A DNA stretch of 64,000 bases, from contig VRVR01000024.1 in NCBI GenBank assembly GCA_009859145.1, forward strand, positions 214,870-278,869. The letters run 5' to 3'. Positions 9,894 through 20,974 of the stretch are shown here, piece by piece; positions within the stretch are counted from its first letter, which is position 1, and every line of letters begins with the position of its first letter. The notes under the pieces were generated by a model. The model had not been told where the DNA came from. It searched no databases and worked only from the letters and a program-made list of their open reading frames with translations. The stretch is from Andalucia godoyi And28 (lineage: Eukaryota; Protista; Jakobida). The translations under genes were made by a program, and so were the position numbers.

Positions 9894-11501
9894 TTAGTGA
9901 TTGAATTGGCAACTCACAACCCGGCCATCTGAGTAGATGCCGAACAGCGAAGTGTTGGAAGCGCACAGCTGGACAGGGATTCCGCTGTCGAATCGAAAAC
10001 CTAGCAGGCGCTTGGAAACAGACCGGTCGGAAACCGCGAATGCCTCCACGGCTCCATTCACAACGTCTCCCACAATCAGCTTGTTACCGGACACACATGC
10101 CAGATATGGATGGTCCTTTTGCAGAGGAGCATCAGCAGAAGGATCCTGCTCCACTTGTGAATATGCGGAATAAGAGGAGTTGATGGTCGTGCGAAACGAC
10201 ACGGTAGGCAGAAGATCAATGATGCGATCGAAACCTTGCGTCGGATACGATCGGTAAGCATGTACGAACCCTGACGAACGACACGCGTACACCCACATAT
10301 TATCCGCAAGCACGTACTCCGTTCCAGAAAACGCATCCGGAACCAATTCAACATAGTTGGACACACACCTATCGGCGGAACATGCTGCTGACGATGAAAG
10401 ATCCCAGACACGAATGGGCGAACGCAGACAATCAAAAGAAACAGCCAATGCGCAGGAATCGAAACAAAAACATCCTTTGCAGATGCTCTGGATGTGCCCT
10501 AGACGCACGGCTTCGCGACTACTGTCAAACAACGTCTCGACGACTGAGTTCGTGTTTCGAAAGTCAATTCTGCGAACGGACGAGCTGCTCGCTGCAATGA
10601 CTTCATTACCCCCAGCCGTTTGCGATGCAACAATTTGATAACGCGAAGCACCAAACGGAGGTTGGCGAACTGCAGATTCGGGATAAGGAAGAAAATTCGG
10701 AACGCATGCAGCCAGTTTTTCTGCTCTGGTGTCCACTAGGCTCAACTGCCCATCTTCCGAACACACACACGCAGTGTCCTCGCTCAAGAACCTGACACAT
10801 TCCAGTCTCTTTCGCTCCTCCGAGATAACAATTCTCGAATCCTCGGCAATTCGGTCCTGCGAAAGACCCATCGAAACGAGTTCACCACTTTCCAGCGAAC
10901 ACGCGACTCGAGGAGTCGTCGCCGAAAGGTCCATTCCAGTCATCTTGTGCCCAAGATCCAGATGAACAACGGAGTCCACTACATTCTGATACTGTCCTGG
11001 CGCATATGCCGATATCACATGGCTCTGGATTGATGACGATGCGGTCAATCCTGCCACAACGAGCCCGACAGAACCGAACACCGAGTTGGAAAACCCGTAC
11101 TGCTTTGGACACATCGCAAACACAAGTTGTGGGCGGAACGGAATCGACGGGAGTTCCAGGGTAAACGAGCCTCGTAGCCACATTCTAGAATCTCGAAACA
11201 CTTTCCAGACGTCCTCCCTGACGCTGATTCGCTGTCTTCCATACGTACTATTCACAGCGTTCGTCATGTGCGGCACCGAGTGACTCGATACGCTTCGTCG
11301 GTCATGGGAGGCCCACACTACTTCCTGGTACGGATCGCATGTAATCAGCGTTTTCCATCCATTGGAGACCGACAGCGCACGAAACAACGTTTCACAATCG
11401 CAGAACTGAAAGATCCGTAGCTGGATTCCTACGGGAACTGCATCCAATGATGCGGACTGAGATGAGCCCGGTTCCGATTCTTCTTCGTCCGGAATGTGCA
11501 T
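9894..11501 (-). CDS. F-box / WD40-like protein, 535 aa (ATG 11501; the track's longer start runs into repeats and the element end)
   Basis: F-box 'LDAVPVGIQLRIFQFCDCETLFRALSVSNGWKTL'; WD-like segments 'EDGQLSLVD','SPIRVWDL'. Confidence 0.75.
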   Translation of the reverse strand: MHIPDEEESEPGSSQSASLDAVPVGIQLRIFQFCDCETLFRALSVSNGWKTLITCDPYQEVVWASHDRRSVSSHSVPHMTNAVNSTYGRQRISVREDVWKVFRDSRMWLRGSFTLELPSIPFRPQLVFAMCPKQYGFSNSVFGSVGLVVAGLTASSSIQSHVISAYAPGQYQNVVDSVVHLDLGHKMTGMDLSATTPRVACSLESGELVSMGLSQDRIAEDSRIVISEERKRLECVRFLSEDTACVCSEDGQLSLVDTRAEKLAACVPNFLPYPESAVRQPPFGASRYQIVASQTAGGNEVIAASSSSVRRIDFRNTNSVVETLFDSSREAVRLGHIQSICKGCFCFDSCALAVSFDCLRSPIRVWDLSSSAACSADRCVSNYVELVPDAFSGTEYVLADNMWVYACRSSGFVHAYRSYPTQGFDRIIDLLPTVSFRTTINSSYSAYSQVEQDPSADAPLQKDHPYLACVSGNKLIVGDVVNGAVEAFAVSDRSVSKRLLGFRFDSGIPVQLCASNTSLFGIYSDGRVVSCQFNH

Positions 11502-11563
11502 TTTACTGAAAATTCGGTGCTTTCGAAACTCACAGTCTGGACCATGCACGCTTCTTTGTTGCT

Positions 11564-11601
<38 letters not shown>

Positions 11602-11731
11602 GGTAGTTGAATACCCAGAGAAGAAACGATCGATTTTGACGACGTGCAGTAAGCAAAATAAAAAACGGGGGGGAATAAATTATACATAAAAAGCAGAAGA
11701 AAAATCCGGCTTAAAGCAGAGATGCCCATGG

Positions 11732-11868
11732 CGCCTACATTGTACACTATCCACGGATAATCATCGCTGATCACCCATAATCAATGCTGCAGCCCAACAA
11801 CAACATGCATGGCATGATTGGGAAGGGGGGTAGGTCCCAACAGGCCCCTCGGCATGAGAGACGTTCTC
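11732..11868 (-). ncRNA. Predicted omega-RNA scaffold of element B
   Basis: GGGUGAUCA-GCGA-UGAUUAUCC hairpin with extended outer stem; UUGGGA/UCCCAA stem enclosing CCUAC, complementary to terminal GUAGG. Confidence 0.65.
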
Positions 11869-12513
11869 AAGATAGATATAGATGCTGCGCGCGCCGTTTC
11901 CAATCGCGGTCGATCGTGCATGTGCACGATGGGCAGCTGTCGCCTGGGCGATCTTCGACGACTTTGGGCCCGACCTCGATCATGTGATCGAGCGGTCATA
12001 TCCAGCTCCAAACGGGTGCATCTTCACTTTCGCTGCTCTCGCCGCGGGCTCTTTTGCGTCTGTGTTCGGCGCTGCGCTGTCCGTTGTGGCGGGCAACGAA
12101 ACAGGCGGTGATTGCGCGTTCGACGTGTGCGAGGCTGTGCATGCGACGGGACCCCGGCGTGGATGCTGCGGATCGTTCCGGTGGCGGTGGAGATGTCATG
12201 GGTCTTGCGCAGCGTTGCGGGTGTGACGTACATGGTGCGTTGCATGAACAATAAAAATAAAAATAAAAATAAGAAATGAGCGTCGCTGTGCGAGAATGCA
12301 ACGCGGCGGCGTATTTATATAAGGATTTCATGATCAAAATGGGGGCGAAACGAATCGGGCATCGTGTGACGGAGTTGATTAAGATGACAGACGCATGCGC
12401 ATGGGCGCGTGGCAGTGTGTTTGGTTTGCGTGCGCTTTAGATGGCTTCATCATATCGCAATAAGTGGCAACTGCACAAAAGAGCATTTGTTTTACAGCAG
12501 GTGTATGTGGAGG
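11732..12513 (-). mobile_element. Non-autonomous Fanzor2/TnpB-like element B (about 780 bp), internally deleted and frameshifted
   Basis: Fragments MTSPPPPE... (ATG 12199), 'TDAKEPAARAAKVKMHP' (about 12060-12013), 'CPSCTCTIDRDW(+1)NGARSIY' (DRD 11903-11911); end AGTGTACAATGTAGGCG at 11732; imperfect inverted ends CGCCTCCACATACAC / CGCCTACATTGTACAC. Confidence 0.8.
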
Positions 12514-12550
12514 CGGGGACTCTCGTAATTATATTTTATTTTAAATTTGA

Positions 12551-13093
12551 TTAATTTCTGCCAGGAACGATCTTGACTGCTATTACCTTTCCGAGCAGGA
12601 CTGTCAAGAAAATCTTTGCACAGCCGTATGGGTTCTTCTTGGAAGCAGCCACAAACCCTCCATTGTCCGGTAGTACGGCAGCAAACGGGTCCTGAAACGT
12701 AGCTGCCGAACAAGACTTGTACCAAACCGTACTCTTTTCCTCTGTTTTTCCTGCGGTGTTTCCAAATGCCTTTGGTTCTCCAGTCCATACAATGCCGGAT
12801 GATGTAGGAATCTGACAGGACGCCGTCTTGGCGAACTGCAAACTTGCCACACTGTCCTTGATGCTTTCTTGTACCAATAGAAATTCATTGTTGGTTACGA
12901 GACCCGAAGCATCGTCGTCTTCTGCTACTTGGTAGACAAACGCATACCAACTGCCTGGAGTTGCCCCATCGATTTTAGCACCGCTTACAAGTCCTTCAAT
13001 TTTCTGCAGTGGCGTATGGCAAGGGTCACAGAAGAAAAGAGAACTGCCAGCGATCTTCAGCACCCCCACTTGAATGTACTCGGAATACGGCAT
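12551..13093 (-). CDS. Small bacterial-like protein, DUF4241-like, 180 aa (ATG 13093)
   Basis: 'FFCDPCH','PGSWY','WYKSCSAAT...GGFVAAS...GKVIAVKI' recall DUF4241; canonical VDSG/GDG motifs are degenerate. Confidence 0.45.
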   Translation of the reverse strand: MPYSEYIQVGVLKIAGSSLFFCDPCHTPLQKIEGLVSGAKIDGATPGSWYAFVYQVAEDDDASGLVTNNEFLLVQESIKDSVASLQFAKTASCQIPTSSGIVWTGEPKAFGNTAGKTEEKSTVWYKSCSAATFQDPFAAVLPDNGGFVAASKKNPYGCAKIFLTVLLGKVIAVKIVPGRN

Positions 13094-13406
13094 TTCTTTC
13101 TCTCCCTCTCTCTCTTTTGTTTTGCTTTCTCCTTTCTCACTCAATGGATTTACGTTCAGGGGGTTCACGCAAACTACAAGAAAGACCTAGATATGGAAAA
13201 CCTAGAAATCACAAGGGAAAAAAACCAGAGGCGATGGGGCGATCGTCCGATTGATATGTTGGTTTTTGTAAGAACTGGTCAATCGCTTCTTTCACTGCTG
13301 TCAACAACCTCTGGAATTAGCAAGTGCAATTCCGACGACCGACATTCAACAATCGATAATCGACAACTTCGAAATTCAAAATGGAAAAAGAACGAAGAAA
13401 AAGAAC

Positions 13407-13447
<41 letters not shown>

Positions 13448-13494
13448 CAAAAACCCCAAAAACCAAAGCGGCACATCCGCTGCCTCCGGATGCA

Positions 13495-15285
13495 TCAGGC
13501 AATGGACACTACTTTGACCAAGCCACCCATGCCCTGATCTTCATGGGAAGTGATGTGGCAGTGATACATGAGGATGCCAGTGTGCTGAATGAATCGCACA
13601 CGAGCAGTGACGACGTATCGAGCTGGAACCACGATATCGTCAGTCCAATACGGTCTTTCTAACCACTCCTTTCCCGACAGGTCGCGTACGGAAACGACAT
13701 AGAACGGATTTGCATGCAAGTGAAATGGATGAGACCAATCATCATCCACAAACAGCAACCATTCTTCTGCGGTCCCCAACGTCGACACATAATTGACCAC
13801 ATTCATCTGAAGTATGTCCTGGTTGACGTAGTAGATCTCCCCCGTAAGGCTACCCACCTCCCGAATCAACGTCTTGTTTGACTTTTGAGCGAGAGACATG
13901 TTCATCCACATTGTGCGACTTACTTCTGCGCTTGATATGACAGGCAAGCGAGAGGTCGTAGGGAATGTGCTTGGAATCCCGGGGTCATCCTCCTTTCTGG
14001 GCAATCCGCCAGTTCGGAACTTCAGTATGGTAATGGGATTGTTATTACCATTGTCCTGAAGCTCGAATACTTGATTTGAAATATTCGATCGAAACAGAAA
14101 CTCAATTCGATTGCCAGGACCCAGAGCCAATCCAGCACCAGCTGTCAAGCCCGAGGCATTGGGTGCAAACAAGAAGCCATCTTTCCACGACCACGGCTCT
14201 GCCTGCGTAATTCCATCGACCGCAAAGACAAAGGCATCCAATCCAACCGCAGGGGAAAATCGCAATTGCGCCTGGAACTGGATATTGATGAGCATACGAA
14301 TGCGAACGGTCTCGCCAGGCATGACATCCACAACCGGGATCGCGGAGTCGTTCATCACCGAATTTTGCCAGCTGTTTGTCGTGTATCCAATAGGGATATC
14401 ATTCATAAGAGCAAACACGTAATGTGGTAGCCTCGACTCTCCCACGTAACCCCCTTGGGCAGGACACACAAAGGGAAGCGGATCCGAGTCCAGGTAGCCC
14501 GGAGACACCGTCGAGTTTGCAACCCGGACAAATGAATACGCATACGAAAATTCCCTATACGCATCCAGAAAATCGTCAATGTCTCCTCTGATCCGAAGAT
14601 CCATCACCATCCCATTTGACATTTGCACATCCACGCTCCCGTGTTTGTGCGGATGAACATAAAAGTATCCTGCGGGGTGGTCGATCGGGATGGGAAAATC
14701 GTACAAAAAGTCTTCGCCTGGCTCGATGTGTGTAAACACATTATCTCCATTTCCCTCGACGTTCGTCTGGACGCCATGGGTGTGAAGATTGGTCGTCCGA
14801 AATCCATGCGGATTCAAGAACCCTCTATTCATGGGGTCCACAGCAGCCAGCGAGCTGTTCCAACAGCTTCCGAAATATCCAGGCCACAACCGGTTGGGCG
14901 GAAGTCGATTTTGCACAAGCACCTTCAGAGTGTGGCCGGGTCGTGTTTCAAGAGCCGGTCCAGGCACAGAATGGTTCCACGCCATCAACCTCAAGTCAAA
15001 TCCGAACCATCGCACATTCGTAAACGCAAGCTGGATGGTATAAAAATCAATGTTTTCACTTGACGTGGGTTGCAAGCTCGACGAGTTCTTGTTTGGGGCC
15101 TCGAAAACAAAGTACAAAGTAACCAGCGCTGCGACAGTGCCGACAATGACTGCCGCAATCGCAAATGAAATCACGGTTCTTCGCCGCGATGGCTTCGCCG
15201 AGAAACTCGCATCGACTGCATTCATGGAATTCGGCGTGTTAAGTGGAACATCCGCACGCTCATAGTCTGGAGCACGAAACACCAT
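13495..15285 (-). CDS. Multicopper oxidase with N-terminal membrane anchor, 596 aa (ATG 15285)
   Basis: Four Cu motifs HTHG, YVHPHKHG, HPFHLH, HCHITSHEDQGM; TM 'VISFAIAAVIVGTVAALVTLYFVF'. Confidence 0.9.
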   Translation of the reverse strand: MVFRAPDYERADVPLNTPNSMNAVDASFSAKPSRRRTVISFAIAAVIVGTVAALVTLYFVFEAPNKNSSSLQPTSSENIDFYTIQLAFTNVRWFGFDLRLMAWNHSVPGPALETRPGHTLKVLVQNRLPPNRLWPGYFGSCWNSSLAAVDPMNRGFLNPHGFRTTNLHTHGVQTNVEGNGDNVFTHIEPGEDFLYDFPIPIDHPAGYFYVHPHKHGSVDVQMSNGMVMDLRIRGDIDDFLDAYREFSYAYSFVRVANSTVSPGYLDSDPLPFVCPAQGGYVGESRLPHYVFALMNDIPIGYTTNSWQNSVMNDSAIPVVDVMPGETVRIRMLINIQFQAQLRFSPAVGLDAFVFAVDGITQAEPWSWKDGFLFAPNASGLTAGAGLALGPGNRIEFLFRSNISNQVFELQDNGNNNPITILKFRTGGLPRKEDDPGIPSTFPTTSRLPVISSAEVSRTMWMNMSLAQKSNKTLIREVGSLTGEIYYVNQDILQMNVVNYVSTLGTAEEWLLFVDDDWSHPFHLHANPFYVVSVRDLSGKEWLERPYWTDDIVVPARYVVTARVRFIQHTGILMYHCHITSHEDQGMGGLVKVVSIA

Positions 15286-15686
15286 TTCTGCATCGACGTT
15301 CCCACTCTTACCCAGATTCAAAAAATCCACGTGCCTCTCATGTGTTTTGGAATTGCAGACTTTTAAAAATAACAATAATCATAATCATAATCATAATCAT
15401 AATCATAATCATAAAGTATAAATCATAACAATCATATTAAAAAAATGAAAGGAAAAAGGAAAGAATGCTGAGGAAAAGTCCATTTTGGAGCCTCACTTGA
15501 GTTATTGGCTCCGTGTGCTCATTGCTTTTTTGCAGCCGACAGTAGCAAACGTTCCCGCCAGGAAACGTCTTTTGCTTCTGGCTCCGTTGACTGTTTCTGT
15601 TGGTTTTTTGTTTGCGACATCTTCTCTGCGTATTATTGGCAGACATTATTATTCATCGTTTTTTGAAAGAAACAAAGAAAGAAAGA

Positions 15687-15858
<172 letters not shown>

Positions 15859-15878
15859 ATTAATCAAGAATAGAAAGG

Positions 15879-18641
15879 ATGAGCAGACCGTCGAGTCACC
15901 GCTCGGATGTCTCCGACAAAAAGTCAGTGTCATCATTTGTTTCCGATGCTGATCACGTGCCTTTGTCGGGGGGATCAGCATCGGACTCTGCGCAGCAGCA
16001 ACAGCAAAGGATCCGGAGTCTTTTAAAAAGTATAGACCAGCTGAAACTCGAGAACCAAAAGCTTGTAAAGATGAATCGTGAATCGACACGATCCAGAATC
16101 ATCCAAAAGCTGCAGGATGATGTCGATGCAGCGGAAAAGGCCATTCGAATCCTGAAGAAGCAGCTTATGGCGAGAGGAGGAATGTCTGAGGACAGTGTGA
16201 ATCGCATCTTGTCAGATTCGCAGTTTTATGCAGAGATCATTGCGCAAGATAAGGAGAGGTCCGAAGCCTCGAGGAAGGAATACCAGGAAAAGCTGAATGC
16301 TCTTCGGCAAGAGTATGATGCAAAAATCTCTGAATTGGAAGCAAACTCGAGGCATCGATCTGGAAAGGACGCCTTGTCTTCCATTCCACACCAGAGGTCT
16401 TCCTCCTCCTCCTCGTCTTTTTCTGCTACACTCGACGATGCCTCTGAAGATGTTCGGCGAAAAGGCGTGTTTTATGAGCGCGAAGTGGAAAGATTGGAAA
16501 TCGCGTTGGCCGATAGCCTGGCAGCCAAGGATGCGCTGCAGATGAGACTGGAGGCTACGATTTCAAATTTTTCAAAGCTGGACGCAACGTTGCATACCTA
16601 TAAGGCGGAGAACGACTCATTAAAGAAGCAACTGACTGCAGTGGACAATGTGCAGGCAGAGGGAAGCAAGTACAAGGCGAAATGTGCAGGATTGGAAGTA
16701 GATTTGGAGCATGCACAGAGTCAACTGAAGTCAACGTCAGCGAAATATCGAGAGCTTTCCGAGCAAATGGAGCAGCTCAAGGAGAAGTTGCGCACTGCTA
16801 AAGAAGCAGCCAGAACGTCTGCCGCGTCGGCGACATCAAGTTCCGCTGCGGATGTTGGTGTGCGACAAAAGATGACGGATCTCTTGAAGAAAGAGGAACA
16901 AATTGCAGTCAAGGAACGAGCTTTGCTCTTGAAAGAAAGGAGTGTGGCTGCCAAAGAACGAGACATTGAAGCCCGGCAATCGACGCTTGCTGTGAAGCCT
17001 TCTGCAGTTGCCGGAAACGGGTCCGTTGGTGCCTCCAGCGCCTCCGTTATGCCTCCATCGAATGAAGTCGTTAAGTTAAGAGAGAACCTGAGAATCAAAG
17101 AGAAGTATATTGAAGACATGAAAGTTGTGTTTGAAATGCGAATGCGAGAAATCAAGGAAAAGAATGCTGCATATGCTTGTCTGTTGCGTTTGCATGGCAT
17201 CAGCACGACGGCCTCAGGCTCCAATCCTCCAACTCTTGCGTCGCGAGCCACGAAGAGACCTGCCTCTGCTGCAAAGGGAAGTGTTGCAGACGACGCTGCG
17301 TCGGAAACCTTCAATTTCGAAGAGCAAATGTCTCTCGCAGAGCAATTGCGAACGTGGAAAGATCGGTATGCAAAGTTGTACGCTCATGTTTCGGGAGAAC
17401 TGGAGAAGTATGCGGTTCTGCAAGAAGAGGGGCGCATTCGAGAAGAATCTCTGCAGTCGCATGTGGAGGTTTTGCAAAAGCAGTTGGCCAAAATTGAGCG
17501 GGATCACTTCAGGATGTTGCCGCAGTTCGAATTGTTGCAGAAAACCCACGAATCTCTATTGAATGACTATTCTAAGGATCGGAAGCAGTTGCAGGCAGTG
17601 ATGAGTGTCTGGGAAAAGAAAACTGGAAAAGGCGGACAGTCTGGCGACAGCGATTCTTTTGACGGAAAGAAGAAGAGTATATTCCATGACTTGTTGTCTA
17701 AAACAAAAGTTCGAGACGTGGACTCGTTTTATGCAGAGCGGCAGCGTTTCAAGGATGAGATTAATTTCCGGGACTCGTTGATCCAAGAGCTGGATACTAC
17801 CATAGTGGCATTGTCGAAGAAGTTGCAGGAAGTCGAAAAAGAGAACAGTTTGCTTCGTGCTCATGGAACCAACATAGAGCCAACAAATGGGTCTTTTGTT
17901 GCCTCGAGTCTGCAGGGGTTTCACGTGCCGACTTCCGGTGCATTTGCTGTTGCAAATCAGCGTCCTACCGATCCGGAAAATGCAGTGGAGGATGAGAGCG
18001 CTATGCTCGCGATGGTATCTGAAGCAAAGGCAATGCTAGCAAAGAATCAAACAATGCGAAACGAATGGTGCACCTTGTTGAGCATTCCTGCTCCCCAGGT
18101 TGCAGACGAGCATCCGAATTTGCCAATTTTGAGTGCGACTCCGAAGGCCTCTGCGATTGCAGCCACCCACGGTTCTTCTGTTCGACCGACGCCGATCAAG
18201 GGGTTTATGGGGGCCTCTGTCGACCAGTTCCCTGTTCATTTTGCTTCTTCTGACACGGCCGAGGCTTTTTATCCGTCATCTTCTGTTCCCAGTATAGCGG
18301 ACCCTCCATCTTCGAAATCAGATCGGCCGCTTGTGGCGACTGATGCAAACACCGAGGATCTCGAAACCTTTTCCGAGCCAGATGCCTCCGAGCCATCTGT
18401 TCATGTTCAAGATCACGATGCGATGCAACAAGAGACATTCTCTGAACCTGAAGTTTCTAGTCCGTCGTTGGGTGGTGAAGATCTCGAGGCATTTTCCGAA
18501 CCGGATGCATCAGACCCATCTGTCCATGATCATGACGAGCAGCAGGAAACGTTTTCCGAACCGGATGCGTCCGATCCGTCGCTAGGAGAACCGGACTTTG
18601 ATCTGGGCGACGACGATGACCCAATCCATTCGAAACGATAG
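15879..18641 (+). CDS. Long coiled-coil protein with acidic C-terminal repeats, 920 aa
   Basis: Heptad-rich E/K/Q/L segments; four ExFSEPxxSxPS units at the C-terminus. Confidence 0.75.
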   Translation: MSRPSSHRSDVSDKKSVSSFVSDADHVPLSGGSASDSAQQQQQRIRSLLKSIDQLKLENQKLVKMNRESTRSRIIQKLQDDVDAAEKAIRILKKQLMARGGMSEDSVNRILSDSQFYAEIIAQDKERSEASRKEYQEKLNALRQEYDAKISELEANSRHRSGKDALSSIPHQRSSSSSSSFSATLDDASEDVRRKGVFYEREVERLEIALADSLAAKDALQMRLEATISNFSKLDATLHTYKAENDSLKKQLTAVDNVQAEGSKYKAKCAGLEVDLEHAQSQLKSTSAKYRELSEQMEQLKEKLRTAKEAARTSAASATSSSAADVGVRQKMTDLLKKEEQIAVKERALLLKERSVAAKERDIEARQSTLAVKPSAVAGNGSVGASSASVMPPSNEVVKLRENLRIKEKYIEDMKVVFEMRMREIKEKNAAYACLLRLHGISTTASGSNPPTLASRATKRPASAAKGSVADDAASETFNFEEQMSLAEQLRTWKDRYAKLYAHVSGELEKYAVLQEEGRIREESLQSHVEVLQKQLAKIERDHFRMLPQFELLQKTHESLLNDYSKDRKQLQAVMSVWEKKTGKGGQSGDSDSFDGKKKSIFHDLLSKTKVRDVDSFYAERQRFKDEINFRDSLIQELDTTIVALSKKLQEVEKENSLLRAHGTNIEPTNGSFVASSLQGFHVPTSGAFAVANQRPTDPENAVEDESAMLAMVSEAKAMLAKNQTMRNEWCTLLSIPAPQVADEHPNLPILSATPKASAIAATHGSSVRPTPIKGFMGASVDQFPVHFASSDTAEAFYPSSSVPSIADPPSSKSDRPLVATDANTEDLETFSEPDASEPSVHVQDHDAMQQETFSEPEVSSPSLGGEDLEAFSEPDASDPSVHDHDEQQETFSEPDASDPSLGEPDFDLGDDDDPIHSKR

Positions 18642-18770
18642 CACAGCGTTTTCTTAATTCAAAACCGTGGAATTGCATTTAGCAACATAATGAATATGAC
18701 AACACTTTGCGAATGTCTTCATTCTGTGCAATCGACAACATGCGCCAAGTAAGACGCCGCGATATTTTCA

Positions 18771-19225
18771 TCACCCGTTTCCAAGCACTGTACCAAAATG
18801 CATGCAGCTGTTGCATGCGCCACGCAACCTCGTAATCTTGAATCTTGAACTCCTGATCGATCCAAACGATGTGCTGCTGTACAGCATTTTCCGCTCGCCA
18901 AAACATGAATCATTATTGATCGTCAGCTTGCTCGCATCCCCAGAAACCTGGTCCTCCTCTTTTGAAGCTTTGGAATTCCTGCAAAGAAATAGCATACTCC
19001 GTGTAATTGCCACACCATCTTACGCCACAACAGAGGGCTTACCGCAGCTGACAGGAATCTTGAAGGACACGGTGTGTCGCGTGTTTGTCACGAGGTTTCA
19101 TGACGAACCGAGTCGCTTTTCCGTTCTTCTTTTCGTAGCCAGTGCTTTGATCGATGCTCGCGTTGAGCTGACCCGACAGCAAGGCACGAAGCAGCGACTG
19201 TAGTACAAGCTTTAGTCTGAAAAAA
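18771..19225 (-). pseudogene. Possible small spliced gene or remnant with PCI-domain-like C-terminal motif
   Basis: 'LQSLLRALLSGQLNASIDQSTG'; canonical-looking 64-nt intron GTAAGC...TTTGCAG (19042-18979) keeps frame; no clear start. Confidence 0.25.
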
Positions 19226-19443
19226 GGACTGGGATCTACTCCGATTGGGGAAATCGATTCATTTTCCTGGAATCAGTGGTGCTGTGGCAAGACAAACTTC
19301 TGGTATGATGTTGTTTAATGCTCTACATTGATACAGAAAACGGTCAACCGCTCTCGATCTTCGTTTCCTCGTATCTTCGTTTCTTCATTTTGTCATTGTT
19401 ATCATAGTTGTCATTTGTAGTAGTAAGTAACAAAATAGTAAGA

Positions 19444-20844
19444 ATGAAGATTGTGTGCATTGGAGCGGGGTATGTTGGAGGCCCTACGATGGCCGTGATT
19501 GCGGAAAAGTGTCCCGAGATCCGAGTGTTCGTTCTGGATGTCAATGAAACCCGCATTGCAGCTTGGAACTCAGCCAACCTGGACGATCTCCCCGTGTATG
19601 AACCGGGTCTTTCTGCTGTTGTTGCTGCTCGTCGGAATGTAAACCTGTTCTTCACCACAGATGTGAAAGGCTGCATCCAGGACGCAGATATCATCTTCAT
19701 TGCAGTGAACACACCGACGAAAACATATGGAATTGGCTCGGGTTCCGCAGCGGATGTCTCGTATCTTGAGTCGTGCGCTCGCATGATTGCGCTTCATGCG
19801 GTAGGACCAAAGATTGTGGTGGAAAAATCCACGGTCCCTGTCCGTGCGTCCGAGTCGATCGTTGCAATCCTCGAAGCTTGTGCGTCGGACGATCCTTCGC
19901 GATCGTCGTATGTTGTGCTCTCTAATCCCGAGTTTCTTGCTGAAGGCACTGCAATCGAAGATCTGCGAGTTCCTGATCGTGTGCTCATTGGTGGACCGAC
20001 TACCGAAGCTGGTGAGGCTGCGGTCGAGAAATTGGCGTCCGTGTATGCACACTGGGTCCCTCGACAACGCATCATCACAACAAACACGTGGTCTTCGGAG
20101 CTGTCCAAGCTGACGGCGAATGCGTTCCTAGCACAGCGTGTGTCGTCAATCAATTCAATTGCTGCGATCTGCGAGGCAACTGGCGCAGATGTGGACGAAG
20201 TCGCTCATGCTATTGGACTCGACAGTCGCATCGGACCCAAGTTCTTGAAGGCTTCTGTTGGCTTCGGTGGCTCCTGCTTCCAAAAAGACATTCTCAACTT
20301 GGTGTATCTTGCAGAGACGTTGCACCTGCCCGAGGTTGCCGCGTATTGGCGCGCCGTCGTGGATATGAACGACTTTTCAAGGTTGCGTTTCGTCAAGAAT
20401 GTTGTGCACAAGTTGTTTGGAACTGTGAGTGGAAAGAAGATTTCGATTCTTGGGTTTGCTTTTAAGAAGGATACTGGTGATACAAGAGAGTCATCTGCGA
20501 TTTCAGTGTGCAAATTCTTGCTCGAGGAACGCGCAGTCTTGGAGGTGTTTGACCCAAAGGTGACGCAGAGTCGCATGTACGAGGACTTGAGAGCTGCGGG
20601 TGCAGAGTTTGCGCCGAATGCGCTCTCGCAGCATGTTCACGTTCACTCGAATGCGTATGACACGGTCAGCGATGCGTCCGCGGTACTCATCTTGACCGAG
20701 TGGGACATGTTCAAGACACTCGACTGGAATGTCATTTATGCAAAGATGCGAAAGCCAGCATTCGTGTTCGACGGGCGTCGTGTGCTGGACATCGACGCTC
20801 TCAAGAAGATTGGTTTCCGTGCACACGCTGTTGGACATGCATAG
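19444..20844 (+). CDS. UGDH: UDP-glucose 6-dehydrogenase
   Basis: [54 protein letters not shown]. Confidence 0.97.
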   Translation: MKIVCIGAGYVGGPTMAVIAEKCPEIRVFVLDVNETRIAAWNSANLDDLPVYEPGLSAVVAARRNVNLFFTTDVKGCIQDADIIFIAVNTPTKTYGIGSGSAADVSYLESCARMIALHAVGPKIVVEKSTVPVRASESIVAILEACASDDPSRSSYVVLSNPEFLAEGTAIEDLRVPDRVLIGGPTTEAGEAAVEKLASVYAHWVPRQRIITTNTWSSELSKLTANAFLAQRVSSINSIAAICEATGADVDEVAHAIGLDSRIGPKFLKASVGFGGSCFQKDILNLVYLAETLHLPEVAAYWRAVVDMNDFSRLRFVKNVVHKLFGTVSGKKISILGFAFKKDTGDTRESSAISVCKFLLEERAVLEVFDPKVTQSRMYEDLRAAGAEFAPNALSQHVHVHSNAYDTVSDASAVLILTEWDMFKTLDWNVIYAKMRKPAFVFDGRRVLDIDALKKIGFRAHAVGHA

Positions 20845-20974
20845 GGAACAATGTACTAAACATCAACAGTTTGATTTTTGTTTGAAGTAAACGCAGCAAA
20901 TTAATAAAACCGGCACTAACCTGAATGCAAATTGTTCGTTTCCACATTCGCGCTGGCTATGTGGGGACTAGCGC

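Noticed and set aside
18802-19203. 133-aa plus-strand ORF
   Set aside because: No motif; minus strand carries the better splice and motif signals.
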